The notes: generated by a model not told the origin, from the letters alone. DNA of 64,000 nucleotides from Candidatus Saccharimonadales bacterium (GCA_045628725.1 JAZQPT010000015.1:319-64318), one strand, 5' to 3'. Positions 35,997 to 45,760 are shown, numbered from the stretch's first letter. Made by a program: numbers and translations.

Positions 35997-36203
35997 TTAG
36001 CCTTTGCGGGCTTTAACTTCGTTACGCCCAAGACTTTTCTTTGTCTCTGTGTATGTTGCATGCTTACGTGCAATTGGGTCGTATTTCTTTAAGACGATTT
36101 TCTCAGTGGTGTTCTGAGTGTTTTTGGTAGTGTAATACGAACGGTGTCCGCTCAGATCACTGACCAGTCCAACCAATTTTCGCTTCGTGTTCTTCTTTGC
36201 CAT
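35997..36203 (-). CDS. rpmG: 50S ribosomal protein L33 (Cys-free form)
   Basis: YYTTKNTQNTTEKIVLKKYDPIARKHATYTETK matches the bL33 core. There are no CxxC pairs. Confidence 0.85.
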   Translation of the reverse strand: MAKKNTKRKLVGLVSDLSGHRSYYTTKNTQNTTEKIVLKKYDPIARKHATYTETKKSLGRNEVKARKG

Positions 36204-36287
36204 TACTTACTCACTTACAGTTTATAATTCAATCTTATTAATTCTAGCATATAATTTACTCTATGGCTAGGGGTTACGCACTCAAAA

Positions 36288-36363
36288 TGGAGCCACGACT
36301 GGGATTTGAACCCAGGACCTCATCCTTACCATGGATGCGCTCTACCAACTGAGCTATCGCGGC
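36288..36363 (-). tRNA. tRNA-Thr (GGT)
   Basis: Hand-folded: acceptor GCCGCGA/TCGTGGC, anticodon stem CATCC/GGATG with loop ATGGTAA, T-arm CTGGG-TTCAAAT-CCCAG, encoded CCA. Confidence 0.9.
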
Positions 36364-36428
36364 ATATCATTGCAATTCACGACTTACCTCGGATAATTGT
36401 AGCAAATTAACCGAGGTATGCCAATGTT

Positions 36429-37214
36429 CTACTGCAGTGGAATGTTAAACACAGCTCCGTTGCCACCCATGTATGTTGGCATTTTGCCGTCCCACTTTTC
36501 AATCGCTTGTTTTTGTAGGTATTCCTGGGTTAACGTTTCGCTTTGTGCTCGCTGTGCCTCTGAATCAGTAATTGCTGCTTCGAGGTTGAATTTTGCGCGT
36601 TCAGCATTTTGCTGGGCTACTTGCTTTTCTTCGATGGCTTTACCAAAGCTGTCACTAAATTTGAAATCAACAATACTTAGTTCACTCACTTTGATGCCGT
36701 ATGGTGCAAGTCGGTCAGTAAGTGTCTTTTGTGCCGATGTCTTTAGTTTGCTTCGTTCTGTTATTAATTCTGAAGCGGTATATTCAGCACTCGCCGCTTT
36801 GAATACTTCGTTGATAGCTGGCGTTACGACTTTGTCGACATATAACGCACCGATAGTTTGATGAACGCGGCTGACGCTGCCTCGTTCGAGATTGTAGTTA
36901 ACGACGATTTGGCTTGATACGTCTTGTAGGTCTTTACTTGCTGCAGTGCTTGATACTGCTTCTTTTTGAACTTTGATGTCATAGATCGTAACATTGTTCA
37001 GGCCAAACGGCATTACAAACGACAATCCTTCGGTTAATTCACGTCCGGTGACGCGACCGTACTGCGTGACAACGCCGACTTGCCCTGTTCCAATACGCCG
37101 TGCGCTTGATGCAAATAAAGCGAACAAAAATAATAGGATCGCTACTGCGATGATGACATTTTTTCTCATATAGAATGGTTTCTTCTCTCCGACGATTTGT
37201 GCAGTTTTTATCAT
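36429..37214 (-). CDS. SPFH/Band 7 (prohibitin-like) domain protein
   Basis: N-terminal TM segment, then VVTQYGRVTGRELTEGLSFVMPF... and a coiled C-terminus typical of prohibitin homologues. Confidence 0.85.
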   Translation of the reverse strand: MIKTAQIVGEKKPFYMRKNVIIAVAILLFLFALFASSARRIGTGQVGVVTQYGRVTGRELTEGLSFVMPFGLNNVTIYDIKVQKEAVSSTAASKDLQDVSSQIVVNYNLERGSVSRVHQTIGALYVDKVVTPAINEVFKAASAEYTASELITERSKLKTSAQKTLTDRLAPYGIKVSELSIVDFKFSDSFGKAIEEKQVAQQNAERAKFNLEAAITDSEAQRAQSETLTQEYLQKQAIEKWDGKMPTYMGGNGAVFNIPLQ

Positions 37215-37253
37215 AGTATCATATAGTATATCATGATAAAAAGCAGCGCTAGG

Positions 37254-37577
37254 TTACTTGCTAGATGCGCGTACTGATCGAGGTTTTTTAACGACAGGTT
37301 TGCTGCTGATGACGGGAGGTGTTGTTGCCGATCCGCGTAAACGTAATAGTACAAATGACTGTAGTAGCGCCCAGGCTACAGCATTGATAATGAATAGTGC
37401 CGCTGCCCCGATAGCTGCCCCAAGAATTTGTTGCCCTAAGTTTTGGTTGACAAGCCCCATTACTCCAGCAGCGACAAGGAGCACTACTGCAGATGTAATA
37501 TATAGATGCTGTAGTTTGTCGCGGTCAGACGTTGTGTCGTTCCACGATACCAATGATAATTTTAGGGATTCGTACAT
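37254..37577 (-). CDS. small membrane protein, unknown function
   Basis: Start set to ATG 37577 (MYESLK...), 6 nt downstream of TATAAT (37584-37589), with no SD. Confidence 0.5.
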   Translation of the reverse strand: MYESLKLSLVSWNDTTSDRDKLQHLYITSAVVLLVAAGVMGLVNQNLGQQILGAAIGAAALFIINAVAWALLQSFVLLRLRGSATTPPVISSKPVVKKPRSVRASSK

Positions 37578-37724
37578 AATCTTATTATAGCACATTAGCA
37601 TTTTAGTGTCAATTAATATTATTTCTAATTGCTATTGAAATAATTCCATTCTTTTAGTACACTTATATCTGTACTTTAAGCCATCTGGCAAACAGTACAA
37701 CCAGTACATTTTCACTATACTTAC

Positions 37725-37801
37725 GCCGCTTTAGCTCAGTTGGTTAGAGCAGCTGTTTTGTAAACAGCAGGTCTACGGTTCGAATCCGTAAAGCGGCTCC
37801 A
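37725..37801 (+). tRNA. tRNA-Thr (TGT)
   Basis: Acceptor GCCGCTT/AAGCGGC, anticodon stem GCTGT/ACAGC with loop TTTGTAA, T-arm TACGG-TTCGAAT-CCGTA, encoded CCA. Confidence 0.9.
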
Positions 37802-37849
37802 TGACAAGGTAACGATACGTCGCTACTTTGTGATAGATACAATATGTAT

Positions 37850-37934
37850 GCTGGAATCGTGTAGTGGCAATCACGGGAGACTGTAAATCTCCTGCCTTTC
37901 GGCTTCGTAGGTTCGAGTCCTACTTCCAGCACCA
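37850..37934 (+). tRNA. tRNA-Tyr (GTA), long variable arm
   Basis: Acceptor GCTGGAA/TTCCAGC, anticodon stem GGAGA/TCTCC with loop CTGTAAA, variable arm TGCCTTTCGGCTTC, encoded CCA. Confidence 0.9.
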
Positions 37935-37970
37935 AGTTAAAACCCCGCCCGAAATGGCGGGGTTTTAACT
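37935..37970 (+). terminator. intrinsic terminator after the tRNA pair
   Basis: AAAACCCCGCC-CGAAAT-GGCGGGGTTTT. Confidence 0.75.
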
Positions 37971-38120
37971 TGGTCTTGTTTGTATGTCTCGAACCGTTCT
38001 TTTGCTTGTAAAAGTGGTACGGCAAAATGAGCGAAACAAAAGAAAGCACGAAGTATTTTCTTTTGTGAGCGAATGGCGTAGCAATCTCTGATTGCGATGA
38101 CCTACTTCCAGTCTAGACCG

Positions 38121-38575
38121 TCATCGCAATAATAGGTAACGCGAAGATGAGTAGTACATAATCTGAAATAATAATGCATACTGAAGTTTTGCCCGTCGAA
38201 CTAACGAATACGCTGAAATTAGTATCATAAAAATGATGCTCATGGCAATGAGATACGATGCGTTTGAATTATTAATCTGAAAGTACAGTAGAATTTGACT
38301 AACCAAAAGCCCTACTGTAGAAATACCCGCAAGTACTCTATGAGCAGTCACTCGCCTACTGCTGCCATTCTCGGCTATGAACGTACATAGTATCTGGAAC
38401 AGAAAGCTGATAATAATCGCGCTGGTATAATATCTATCTAAGCCAAAATGCGGTATAAACCATCCAAAAAAGAATACGGATAGGAACGTAATCGTAATGG
38501 CAAAAAGGACGGTATAAAATATAGAGCTAGCCTTTGCACTGGCTGCATGTTGGCTAAAAGTATACTGAACACCAT
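38121..38575 (-). pseudogene. 4-TM membrane protein gene with an apparent frameshift near its 5' end (or an unresolved start)
   Basis: The long hydrophobic frame (...IFYTVLFAITITFLSVFFFGWFI...to stop at 38121) has no ATG/GTG/TTG until GTG 38351. An SD-preceded ATG at 38575 (AAGGTGA 8 nt upstream) opens the adjacent frame (MVFSILLANMQPVQ...) and stops after 45 codons. T-runs at 38466-38471, 38502-38506 and 38516-38519 are candidate indel sites. Confidence 0.4.
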
Positions 38576-38578
38576 TGC

Positions 38579-39229
38579 CTACATCACCTTGCGTGGTTGC
38601 ATGACGCGCTTTGGCTGGCCCTGGGGTATAACCATCTTCTGGGCTTTTTCACGCAGTTGGTTAGCCAGATCCGCCTGGCCGTCACGATCGTAGGCGTCTG
38701 CCAGTATCTTGAGGGTCTGTGGAATAGGATCAAGTTCTATAGCTCGCTCTAGTGCGCTAATCATCTTCTTGTTATGACCGAGTTGTTCCTGGACTTTGGC
38801 GTATGCAATATGACGAGACGAATGATCGTTTTCCATTTCGAGGGCTTGTTCAAATGCAAGTGCGGCTTTTTCGTAGTTGCCCGTCTCGTAATATATAAGG
38901 CCGACGTTATGCAGGCTACTTGCGCTAGGTTCGAGTGACTGTGCAATCTCAAAACATTCGATGGCGTCTTTGAATGCCTGTTGTTTGGCATATAGAATAC
39001 CGAGGCGGTTGTATGCGGTTGCGTTGCGTTCGTCAACGCGCAGAATGGTTAAAAGAGCCTTTTCGGCGCGAAGATACTTCTTTTCACGAAGCGATTCTTG
39101 AGCAACCTCCCACAGTCTTTCCATCTTTTCAGATAGTTTTACTGGAAGGTCCATCCCACCATCCTCGAGGGATTTTCGGTAAAAGATGGCTAGTCCACCT
39201 AGTATTGCAACGATAATTAGTCCTAGCAT
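38579..39229 (-). CDS. TPR-repeat protein with N-terminal TM anchor
   Basis: Repeated A..Y..A...G......A...F..AL motifs (YNRLGILYAKQQAFKDAIECFEIAQ, etc.). Confidence 0.75.
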   Translation of the reverse strand: MLGLIIVAILGGLAIFYRKSLEDGGMDLPVKLSEKMERLWEVAQESLREKKYLRAEKALLTILRVDERNATAYNRLGILYAKQQAFKDAIECFEIAQSLEPSASSLHNVGLIYYETGNYEKAALAFEQALEMENDHSSRHIAYAKVQEQLGHNKKMISALERAIELDPIPQTLKILADAYDRDGQADLANQLREKAQKMVIPQGQPKRVMQPRKVM

Positions 39230-39261
39230 TTCCCTATGATTGTAGCATAGTTGCTACTTCA

Positions 39262-40110
39262 CTACAAAAGCACTTTAGCAAGATTCAGCTGAATATTGCC
39301 GTTTGCCTGGATATGATCGTAGGCGGTAACGAGCGTATCGAGCTGCGTTGTTAGCATTGCTGTCGGTGATTTAGTGACACTCATTCGTAGTTGCTGAATC
39401 ATGTCATCAATCAGCAGTAATGCAGCAGGTCGCTTATCTTTGTATTTATGAATAATAACGAGGCGAACGTAGCTATCGCCGCCCAAAAGCGTACGGGCGT
39501 CTTGGACAGTTTTAATACGCTCTTCGTAGTAAGCATCATCAGTAGCAAGCCGCGTCATTTCGACGGCTAGGCCATTGGCAATAAACTGAATACGTGAACG
39601 CCTGGTAGGGTCTGTAATCGACAGGCCGTCGAGTAGATCGACCGTCTGTTTGCTCGACAGTGGCTGAACGTCAATGCGTTGACAGCGGGATAATACGGTT
39701 GGCAATAACTGCCCTATTTGCTGCGTTGCCAGGATAAAGTGGACATTTTCGCCGGGCTCTTCGAGTAGTTTAAGGAACGCATTTTGCGCCTGGGGGGACA
39801 TTGTTCGATTGGCAAAATCAATAACGACAATTTGCCGTGATTTGAACTTTGACCGCGTACGAGTGTATAAGTCGCGAATGTCTTCAATGATAATCGTACC
39901 GTTTTCGGTATCTACGGCGTATCCACCACTCGGCTGACGCTTTTTAGGGCGAATCGTCTCGAGGAGCGTACCGTTTGTACGAGCAATGTACTCGGCAATC
40001 TGGCCTACCCCTACGCCGTGTCTGCCGCTCAGTATTAGTGCGTGCGGCAAATTAATGGTAGCTTGATTAATTAATCGTTCAGACACATCGCTGACAATTG
40101 GTCGATCCAT
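39262..40110 (-). CDS. holB: DNA polymerase III delta' subunit
   Basis: HALILSGRHGVGVG, AQNAFLKLLEEPGENVHFIL, LPTVLSRCQ. Confidence 0.8.
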   Translation of the reverse strand: MDRPIVSDVSERLINQATINLPHALILSGRHGVGVGQIAEYIARTNGTLLETIRPKKRQPSGGYAVDTENGTIIIEDIRDLYTRTRSKFKSRQIVVIDFANRTMSPQAQNAFLKLLEEPGENVHFILATQQIGQLLPTVLSRCQRIDVQPLSSKQTVDLLDGLSITDPTRRSRIQFIANGLAVEMTRLATDDAYYEERIKTVQDARTLLGGDSYVRLVIIHKYKDKRPAALLLIDDMIQQLRMSVTKSPTAMLTTQLDTLVTAYDHIQANGNIQLNLAKVLL

Positions 40111-40112
40111 AA

Positions 40113-41267
40113 CTACGAGACTATTTCCTCAAATTCTGGAGGTGTTGGTGCAGTGAATGTCTGTCGGTTGCTTTGTGGAATTGTTATTTCTAGGCTGTGT
40201 GCATGCAGATACAGTCGATCAGCAACCTTGCCATATACTCGGTCGCCGTATATAGGTGTACCTAGGTATGCCGTGTGAACGCGCAGCTGGTGTGTGCGGC
40301 CGGTTTTTGGACGCAGTTCGACAAGTGTTAGTTCACCGTTACTACGGACGACTTCGTACGCTGTCTGTGCTTCTTTGCCACTTGTATCGACACGGAATGT
40401 GCTTGGTGCTGACGGATTACGACCAATCGGCAGGTCAATCATTGCTTTGGCGTTTGTTGGCGTGCCGACGACGACGGCAAAGTACGTCTTTTTTGTTTTG
40501 CGATCAGCAAATTGCTTTTGAAGCATTGTTGCTGTTTCGGCATTTCGTGCACCAATCATTACGCCGCTCGTATCACGGTCTAAACGATGAACAATACCTG
40601 GACGGTTGGTGTCATCGTTGTACGTACTGTAGCGTCGGAAGAAATCTGCAACGGTAAATTCTTCGTTAATTGACCCTTTACTATGAGTCAAGACACCGAT
40701 TGGTTTGTTAATGACAATAACGTTATCGTCGATATACAGAATCGGAAGTGTTTTGTCTGTGTAGTCTTCTGCATCTGGAATGGTGACAGCAATCGTATCT
40801 GCGTCGGTAACATCCGCTTTAACCGATAACTGCTCGACGCCGTTAACAGTGACGTGGCCTGATTTGATATGTTTTTGCCATGTGCTGCGCGAAAACTCTG
40901 GAAACCTAGCGGCAAGTTCGACGTCTAGACGTTTTTTGTCTGAAACAATCTGGTATAAATACATGTCTTTACCTTTGAACGGCAGTCCATAGGTCATTAG
41001 ATGGTCGTTCGGATTTTCGACGATGCGGCCCTTTAGGTCGCTGCGGTCTGACTGAACTTGTTCGAGGATATAATCTATATCATCTTCGGCAGTGTCATCG
41101 ACGAGGATATAATACTGCGTCTTGTCAAAACGAAACGCTACGAGCATATTTAGTTCGTTTGGCTGAGTTGTTTTCATTTGTTCTACATGACGAGGCACAT
41201 TATCATCGCCTGCTAGGTTAAATCTACGTAGAATTGCTATTACATCATTGCTTGCTATCTTTACCAT
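40113..41267 (-). CDS. RluA/RluD-family pseudouridine synthase with a roughly 100-aa N-terminal extension
   Basis: S4-like segment RLDVELAARF...HVTVNG and the catalytic motif HRLDRDTSGVM. Confidence 0.85.
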   Translation of the reverse strand: MVKIASNDVIAILRRFNLAGDDNVPRHVEQMKTTQPNELNMLVAFRFDKTQYYILVDDTAEDDIDYILEQVQSDRSDLKGRIVENPNDHLMTYGLPFKGKDMYLYQIVSDKKRLDVELAARFPEFSRSTWQKHIKSGHVTVNGVEQLSVKADVTDADTIAVTIPDAEDYTDKTLPILYIDDNVIVINKPIGVLTHSKGSINEEFTVADFFRRYSTYNDDTNRPGIVHRLDRDTSGVMIGARNAETATMLQKQFADRKTKKTYFAVVVGTPTNAKAMIDLPIGRNPSAPSTFRVDTSGKEAQTAYEVVRSNGELTLVELRPKTGRTHQLRVHTAYLGTPIYGDRVYGKVADRLYLHAHSLEITIPQSNRQTFTAPTPPEFEEIVS

Positions 41268-42308
41268 TTAATTACTCCTTGGTCGTAGTCCAACAGCTTG
41301 TTGCACACGGTAAAGAGTTGCATTCGCCTGGTCATTCATTACTTTTTCCGATTGTTCTAACTTCGCTCGTACCTTTTCGTCGTCGACGAGTGCCAATTTC
41401 GATTGAAAGTCAGTCAAAAACGCGGCGACTTCATCGGCGACAACTTTTTTAAAGTCGCCGTATCGTTCCATGCCTTTAAATTCTAGTTCGGTGTCGTCGA
41501 GCGTCTGGCCGCGCAGGAGTGAAAGTATCTGCAGAAGATTGCTGATTCCTGGTTGATTTTCAGGGTCAAAATTGACACTAGCTTTGTCGTCGGTTGTTGC
41601 GCTCATTACCTTTTTTGCAGCAGCAGCAGGGTCGTCGGTAAGGAATATCACACCCTTGCCTGATTCGTCAGATTTACTCATCTTTTTCTCGGGAACCATC
41701 AGGTCTTTGATGCGAAGACCTTGGCCTTTGCCGAAAAACTCGTGTTGTTTCTGGACAGGCTCTGGAACGGTAAATAGGTCGCCAAACTTATTGTTCATTC
41801 GTTCGGCGATGTCACGTGTAAACTCGAGGTGCTGAGTCTGGTCATCGCCCACCGGCACGTATGTTGCGTTGTAGAGCAGGACGTCGGCAGCCATGAGGAC
41901 TGGGTAATTAAATATCCCTACGCTTGTACGCTCATCCCCTAGACCGTTAGATTTGTCTTTGAACTGTGTCATTCGGCTCATTTCGCCAAAGCCAGTAAAA
42001 CAATCAAGAATCCAAGCTAGTTCACTATGCGCTGGAACGTAACTTTGTCGATACATATGAATGTTATCGTTATCGAGTGGTAGGCCTGCTGCAGTAAACA
42101 GACGGGCATTATCCATAATTTGAGTCTGTAGCAAAGTATGATCAATTGGTGTCGTAAAACTGTGCAAATCAGGAATAAACATATTTATCTGATGGTCATC
42201 AGATCGTAGCTTTGCCATCTCTATAATCGGCAGCATTCCACCGAAGTAGTTACCGATTGTCAGGTCGTTGTTGGCACGGAGGCCGGTCAATATTACAGGT
42301 TTTGTCAT
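41268..42308 (-). CDS. trpS: tryptophan--tRNA ligase
   Basis: Class I motifs (TIGNYFG HIGH-like, KMSKSD). Confidence 0.95.
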   Translation of the reverse strand: MTKPVILTGLRANNDLTIGNYFGGMLPIIEMAKLRSDDHQINMFIPDLHSFTTPIDHTLLQTQIMDNARLFTAAGLPLDNDNIHMYRQSYVPAHSELAWILDCFTGFGEMSRMTQFKDKSNGLGDERTSVGIFNYPVLMAADVLLYNATYVPVGDDQTQHLEFTRDIAERMNNKFGDLFTVPEPVQKQHEFFGKGQGLRIKDLMVPEKKMSKSDESGKGVIFLTDDPAAAAKKVMSATTDDKASVNFDPENQPGISNLLQILSLLRGQTLDDTELEFKGMERYGDFKKVVADEVAAFLTDFQSKLALVDDEKVRAKLEQSEKVMNDQANATLYRVQQAVGLRPRSN

Positions 42309-42319
42309 AGTTCTCCTTA

Positions 42320-43024
42320 TTATACCCTAATTTGCTCTGATTTGCTTGCTTTGAACCCCAGGTAGTCGGTATCGCGCTTGTACGAATTGTTACCAGTCAT
42401 AATCGGGACAAAACCTAGTGTATGCTGGTTGAAATTGCTGAATGTCCGCGCCTGGGCGGCGGTGACTTCATTTTTATATATTTTTCCCTGCATCGTGAAG
42501 AGCTGTTTTGTCTCGTGTCCGCCCTGCCCTGCAATAAAACGCCTTACATCCGCTATGATGTTATCAAGAAGCTGCGCGGTGATCATGTGGTTCGGTACTT
42601 CGTACCCGATAATGTTGTCACCCAGAGACAAGACATCGTTCATGGGCTGGACCTTGAGGAGTGTGCCGACATGACTCGCCCTGAGGAACTGCTGTTTTCT
42701 GGCGCCATCTAAATTCGCAATGATCAAACACGGGGGTTGGTGGCAGTTTGTAGTGTGCATATCAAGGACAATATCGGGCGTTGTGGCGGCAATATATCGT
42801 GCAATCTCACTGGCACGTATATGTTCGTAGCTGTCGCCGTCGCTACCATAGCATCGATTAAGGTCATTATCGGTATAACGCTTCTTTTGTGCGTAGGCCC
42901 GTGGATTCCCAACGATAAAGTCGATATGCTCGAGAATTGGAAGCCGTCTGTTTAATAATCTTTCGTAGAGCTTGGTACCGAGTAGCTCGTCGCCGTGGGT
43001 CGCGCCTATGATTAAAATGTTCAT
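42320..43024 (-). CDS. succinylglutamate desuccinylase/aspartoacylase (AstE/AspA, M14-like) family protein
   Basis: MNILIIGATHGDELLG... N-terminal zinc-ligand pattern typical of the family. Confidence 0.65.
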   Translation of the reverse strand: MNILIIGATHGDELLGTKLYERLLNRRLPILEHIDFIVGNPRAYAQKKRYTDNDLNRCYGSDGDSYEHIRASEIARYIAATTPDIVLDMHTTNCHQPPCLIIANLDGARKQQFLRASHVGTLLKVQPMNDVLSLGDNIIGYEVPNHMITAQLLDNIIADVRRFIAGQGGHETKQLFTMQGKIYKNEVTAAQARTFSNFNQHTLGFVPIMTGNNSYKRDTDYLGFKASKSEQIRV

Positions 43025-43639
43025 GCGTGTTCCTTTCGCATGCGAGCGACAACGATCAAGGCATTGCGCGCACTTATTAATTGCGGGTAAAGTTCCTTCA
43101 GGCTTGCTCCGTCCGTATCAAGTGGCCTGTCTGCGGGGTCTTGACCGCGAAACAGCCCCTCTGGTGGGTAGCGATCAATATGGTATACGCTCTCGTGTTC
43201 CACTGCGCCAGGCATCTCGGTCGCTAATACTTTTAGGTGTTGATCGTTTGTTAGTGGGTATACAGTATCGGAGACGCCGCGTATCATGCGCACAATAGCA
43301 GGATTGCGTGTATACGTCGCCAGGTAATCTGGTCGTTCGCTGGCAATTATATTCTCCAGCATTCTCGATCCTAGACCTTGGTCCTGCGCCGATGGATGAA
43401 CGACGCGTCCAGCGAGTTCAAGCGCTCGCCCGCCAAAGACATCTCCGTACCATTGAAAAGCCTTTGATATAATCGCCATCGGTTGCGAGCTGGATCGTTT
43501 CGGCTGTTTTAATGTGTTGCAGTGTGTCGTTGTACATCGCTACGCTGTTTGACTGACCAAATCCTATACTCACGAGCTCGCTGATTTGCACTATCTCGTT
43601 AGTATGTAACTGGCCAGGATTTTTTTCGGTAATATTCAT
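43021..43639 (-). pseudogene. GNAT-family N-acetyltransferase split by a 1-nt frameshift
   Basis: The N-fragment (43418-43639) has AAGGAG 6 nt upstream. The C-fragment (43021-43479) carries motif A RVVHPSAQDQGLGSRML. Deleting one T from the TTTT run (plus 43456-43459) joins ...DGDYIKGF-QWYGDVFGGRALELAGRVVHP. Total length is 619 nt (3n+1). Confidence 0.55.
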
Positions 43640-43654
43640 ATTGTCTCCTTTTTG

Positions 43655-43685
43655 TAATGAAAAGAGGCCTACTGCAGGCCTCTTG
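43655..43685 (-). terminator. intrinsic terminator after the alpha/beta hydrolase gene
   Basis: AAGAGGCCT-ACTGC-AGGCCTCTT, followed by TTTC on the minus strand. Confidence 0.55.
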
Positions 43686-43800
43686 AATATCTTTAAATGG
43701 ATGAGTTATTTCAAAATAGTAAACAGGCCGTCAGCTGTAGTGACGTTGCGCCATGATGTCTGCGGCGTTCCTGTAATCATGTAGCTATTATTAGCACGAA

Positions 43801-44613
43801 TTATTTGTTTGGTAAATAGTCTTTTATTGCTTTTACGACCGCGGGAACGAATAGCCCGCGCACCTCATGCCCAGCCACAATAGAGGTCATCTCAATGTTT
43901 TTATTGGATTTTATGAGCTTTCTGAGATTACGCGTAACAATGAACGGGTCAAGCGTTCCACGGAGTATGCGAGTTTTCGTCTTTAGTATGTAGGCATCGT
44001 CAAAGGAGGTTTGGTTGATGACCATCGATTCCAGAGCGTTCATATAACTATCGACGTTCTCGGCAGTGACGTTAAATGAATCATTGATAAGTTTGTACTT
44101 CATTGCAAACGCAGATAGCTTCACGAATCCTTCGGGGCGCTGCTGAGCTGATTTGTACATTTGGCGAAGTAGCTTGTCGCTGCGAGGTAGAATAGAATTT
44201 TTTTTATCACTTGTGTCGTAGAGCGGCGGACTGCAAAGGATAAGTGAATCAATGAGCATAGGGTATCTGCGCGCCATCTCTATCGCTACAAGCGCACCAA
44301 GCGAGTGGCCAACTACAATAACTTGCGAGGTGATACGCAGCTTAAGATACGTCGCCAGTACTGCATTTGCCTGTAATTTTGCGTTGTAGACTGCCCACTT
44401 CGGGCGTGCGGAATCCCCAAAACCTAGCAAATCGATTGTTATTATTCTGATATCTTTTGGTAGTCGCTCGATGACAGCATTCCACGCATCGCCCGAATTA
44501 CCAATGCCATGAATAAAAAGTATCGTAGCGCGTGGTTTTTTTGGTTTCTGGCTGTAGCGCACGTTCAGTGTGTACGGAACTCGCATCCAACGATGAATGA
44601 TACTGTCGAACAT
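43801..44613 (-). CDS. alpha/beta-fold hydrolase
   Basis: ILFIHGIGNSGDAW and nucleophile elbow VVGHSLGALV. Confidence 0.75.
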   Translation of the reverse strand: MFDSIIHRWMRVPYTLNVRYSQKPKKPRATILFIHGIGNSGDAWNAVIERLPKDIRIITIDLLGFGDSARPKWAVYNAKLQANAVLATYLKLRITSQVIVVGHSLGALVAIEMARRYPMLIDSLILCSPPLYDTSDKKNSILPRSDKLLRQMYKSAQQRPEGFVKLSAFAMKYKLINDSFNVTAENVDSYMNALESMVINQTSFDDAYILKTKTRILRGTLDPFIVTRNLRKLIKSNKNIEMTSIVAGHEVRGLFVPAVVKAIKDYLPNK

Positions 44614-44680
44614 GTCTCTATTCTATATCATTAGATTGGTATGCGAAAATGGCAAGTTTCCGGTATACGTAGCTGCCGCA

Positions 44681-45244
44681 CTAGTCATCGGTATCTTTTG
44701 ACTGTGGTAGCTGTTTATCTACGCCGACGACAAGCGCTAAAGCATCCTGAATATACCGCAGCCGTTCTCTTCCGATTTTGTTCATGAGAGGTTCGGAAAC
44801 GGTCGGATGAGTTCGAAGGATGTTCATAACTGTGATCACATTTTCTATGTAGGTATGATTGATTTGTTGATGATTCTCGTCGAATAACGCAACAGTTGAA
44901 CCGGCATTTTGACCGTTATCATTGATAGTGTAAATGTGTCTGCCGCCCAGCCTTTGAGGGTCATCGACTTCCATCTGGAACGCACTGCGCTGCTCATCGA
45001 GCTTGCTCCCTGATAGTTCGACTTGTCCGTCGCTAGATAGCCATGAGGTCCGAATGCCAGGATTGTCGCCGTATATATCGTTTGCATCGTCGTCTTTTAG
45101 TAATATATCACGTGCAAAATAGGCTATGTCACTGACGGTATAATCTTCTTTATTCCTGATTATATCTGCACTGCGTAAAAATGGTTGCTCGCTCACACTA
45201 ACCCTACCTTTCGATGTGTATTGATTAGTCTTGTTATACAGCAT
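44681..45244 (-). CDS. hypothetical protein
   Basis: 187-aa ORF. An alternative SD-preceded GTG start lies at 45196. No family recognised. Confidence 0.5.
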   Translation of the reverse strand: MLYNKTNQYTSKGRVSVSEQPFLRSADIIRNKEDYTVSDIAYFARDILLKDDDANDIYGDNPGIRTSWLSSDGQVELSGSKLDEQRSAFQMEVDDPQRLGGRHIYTINDNGQNAGSTVALFDENHQQINHTYIENVITVMNILRTHPTVSEPLMNKIGRERLRYIQDALALVVGVDKQLPQSKDTDD

Positions 45245-45314
45245 GACGGCAATGCATTCAATAGATATTGCATTATTATACTAATTATGCTATAATAAAG
45301 AGATAATAGCACAT

Positions 45315-45347
45315 AAAAATACCCCGGAATAAACCGAGGTATTTTTT
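45315..45347 (-). terminator. intrinsic terminator after rpsI
   Basis: ATACCCCGG-AATAAA-CCGAGGTAT flanked by A and T runs. Confidence 0.65.
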
Positions 45348-45361
45348 GTACTGTGTGCGTA

Positions 45362-45760
45362 TTAACGCTTTGAGTATTGTTCGCGCTTACGAGCAGAACG
45401 AAGACCGTATTTCTTACGTTCTTTCTCACGTGGATCGCGGCGTAGGAACTCAGCTTTTTTGAGTGTCGTACGAAGATCAGCGTGACCAACAGTGATTGCT
45501 TTTGCAATCGCTAGTTTGATCGCGTCAACCTGTCCAGCGAATCCGCCGCCAGATACTCGGATAGTGATATCAAATTCTTTTTGCTTTCCAACTAGCGCCA
45601 ATGGGTCAGTTATTTCAGCAAGAAGAGTTTTGTTACCATCAAGGTATTCTGTTGCAGGCTTGTCGTTGATCGTAAGAGTGCCTTTGCCAGCGTACAAACG
45701 TGCGCGTGCAGTAGCGGCTTTACGACGGCCAAGTCCGTAAAAGTATGTTTTATCAGCCAT
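45362..45760 (-). CDS. rpsI: 30S ribosomal protein S9
   Basis: GRRKAATARARLY...C-terminal KARKREQYSKR. Confidence 0.95.
   Translation of the reverse strand: MADKTYFYGLGRRKAATARARLYAGKGTLTINDKPATEYLDGNKTLLAEITDPLALVGKQKEFDITIRVSGGGFAGQVDAIKLAIAKAITVGHADLRTTLKKAEFLRRDPREKERKKYGLRSARKREQYSKR

Noticed and set aside
37713-37725. tRNA-Thr(TGT) possibly transcribed without a 5' leader (TATACT only 3 nt upstream of the mature 5' end)
   Set aside because: The spacing is too short for that hexamer to place the TSS at +1 of the tRNA. Other tRNAs here have normal leaders behind extended -10 boxes (TGGTACAAT for Trp, TGCTACAAT for Thr-GGT). It cannot be judged without 5'-end data.
37744-38049. 101-aa minus-strand ORF
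   Set aside because: It overlaps two well-folded tRNA genes (Thr-TGT, Tyr-GTA) and their terminator.
8142-45347. Family of similar A-run/ATACC...GGTAT/T-run hairpins (8142, 14860, 21427, 35955, 37935, 45315) as a possible dispersed repeat element
   Set aside because: The stems differ in sequence apart from the short ATAC/GTAT clamp. Every copy sits exactly at a gene 3' end, so they are best explained as ordinary (often bidirectional) intrinsic terminators.
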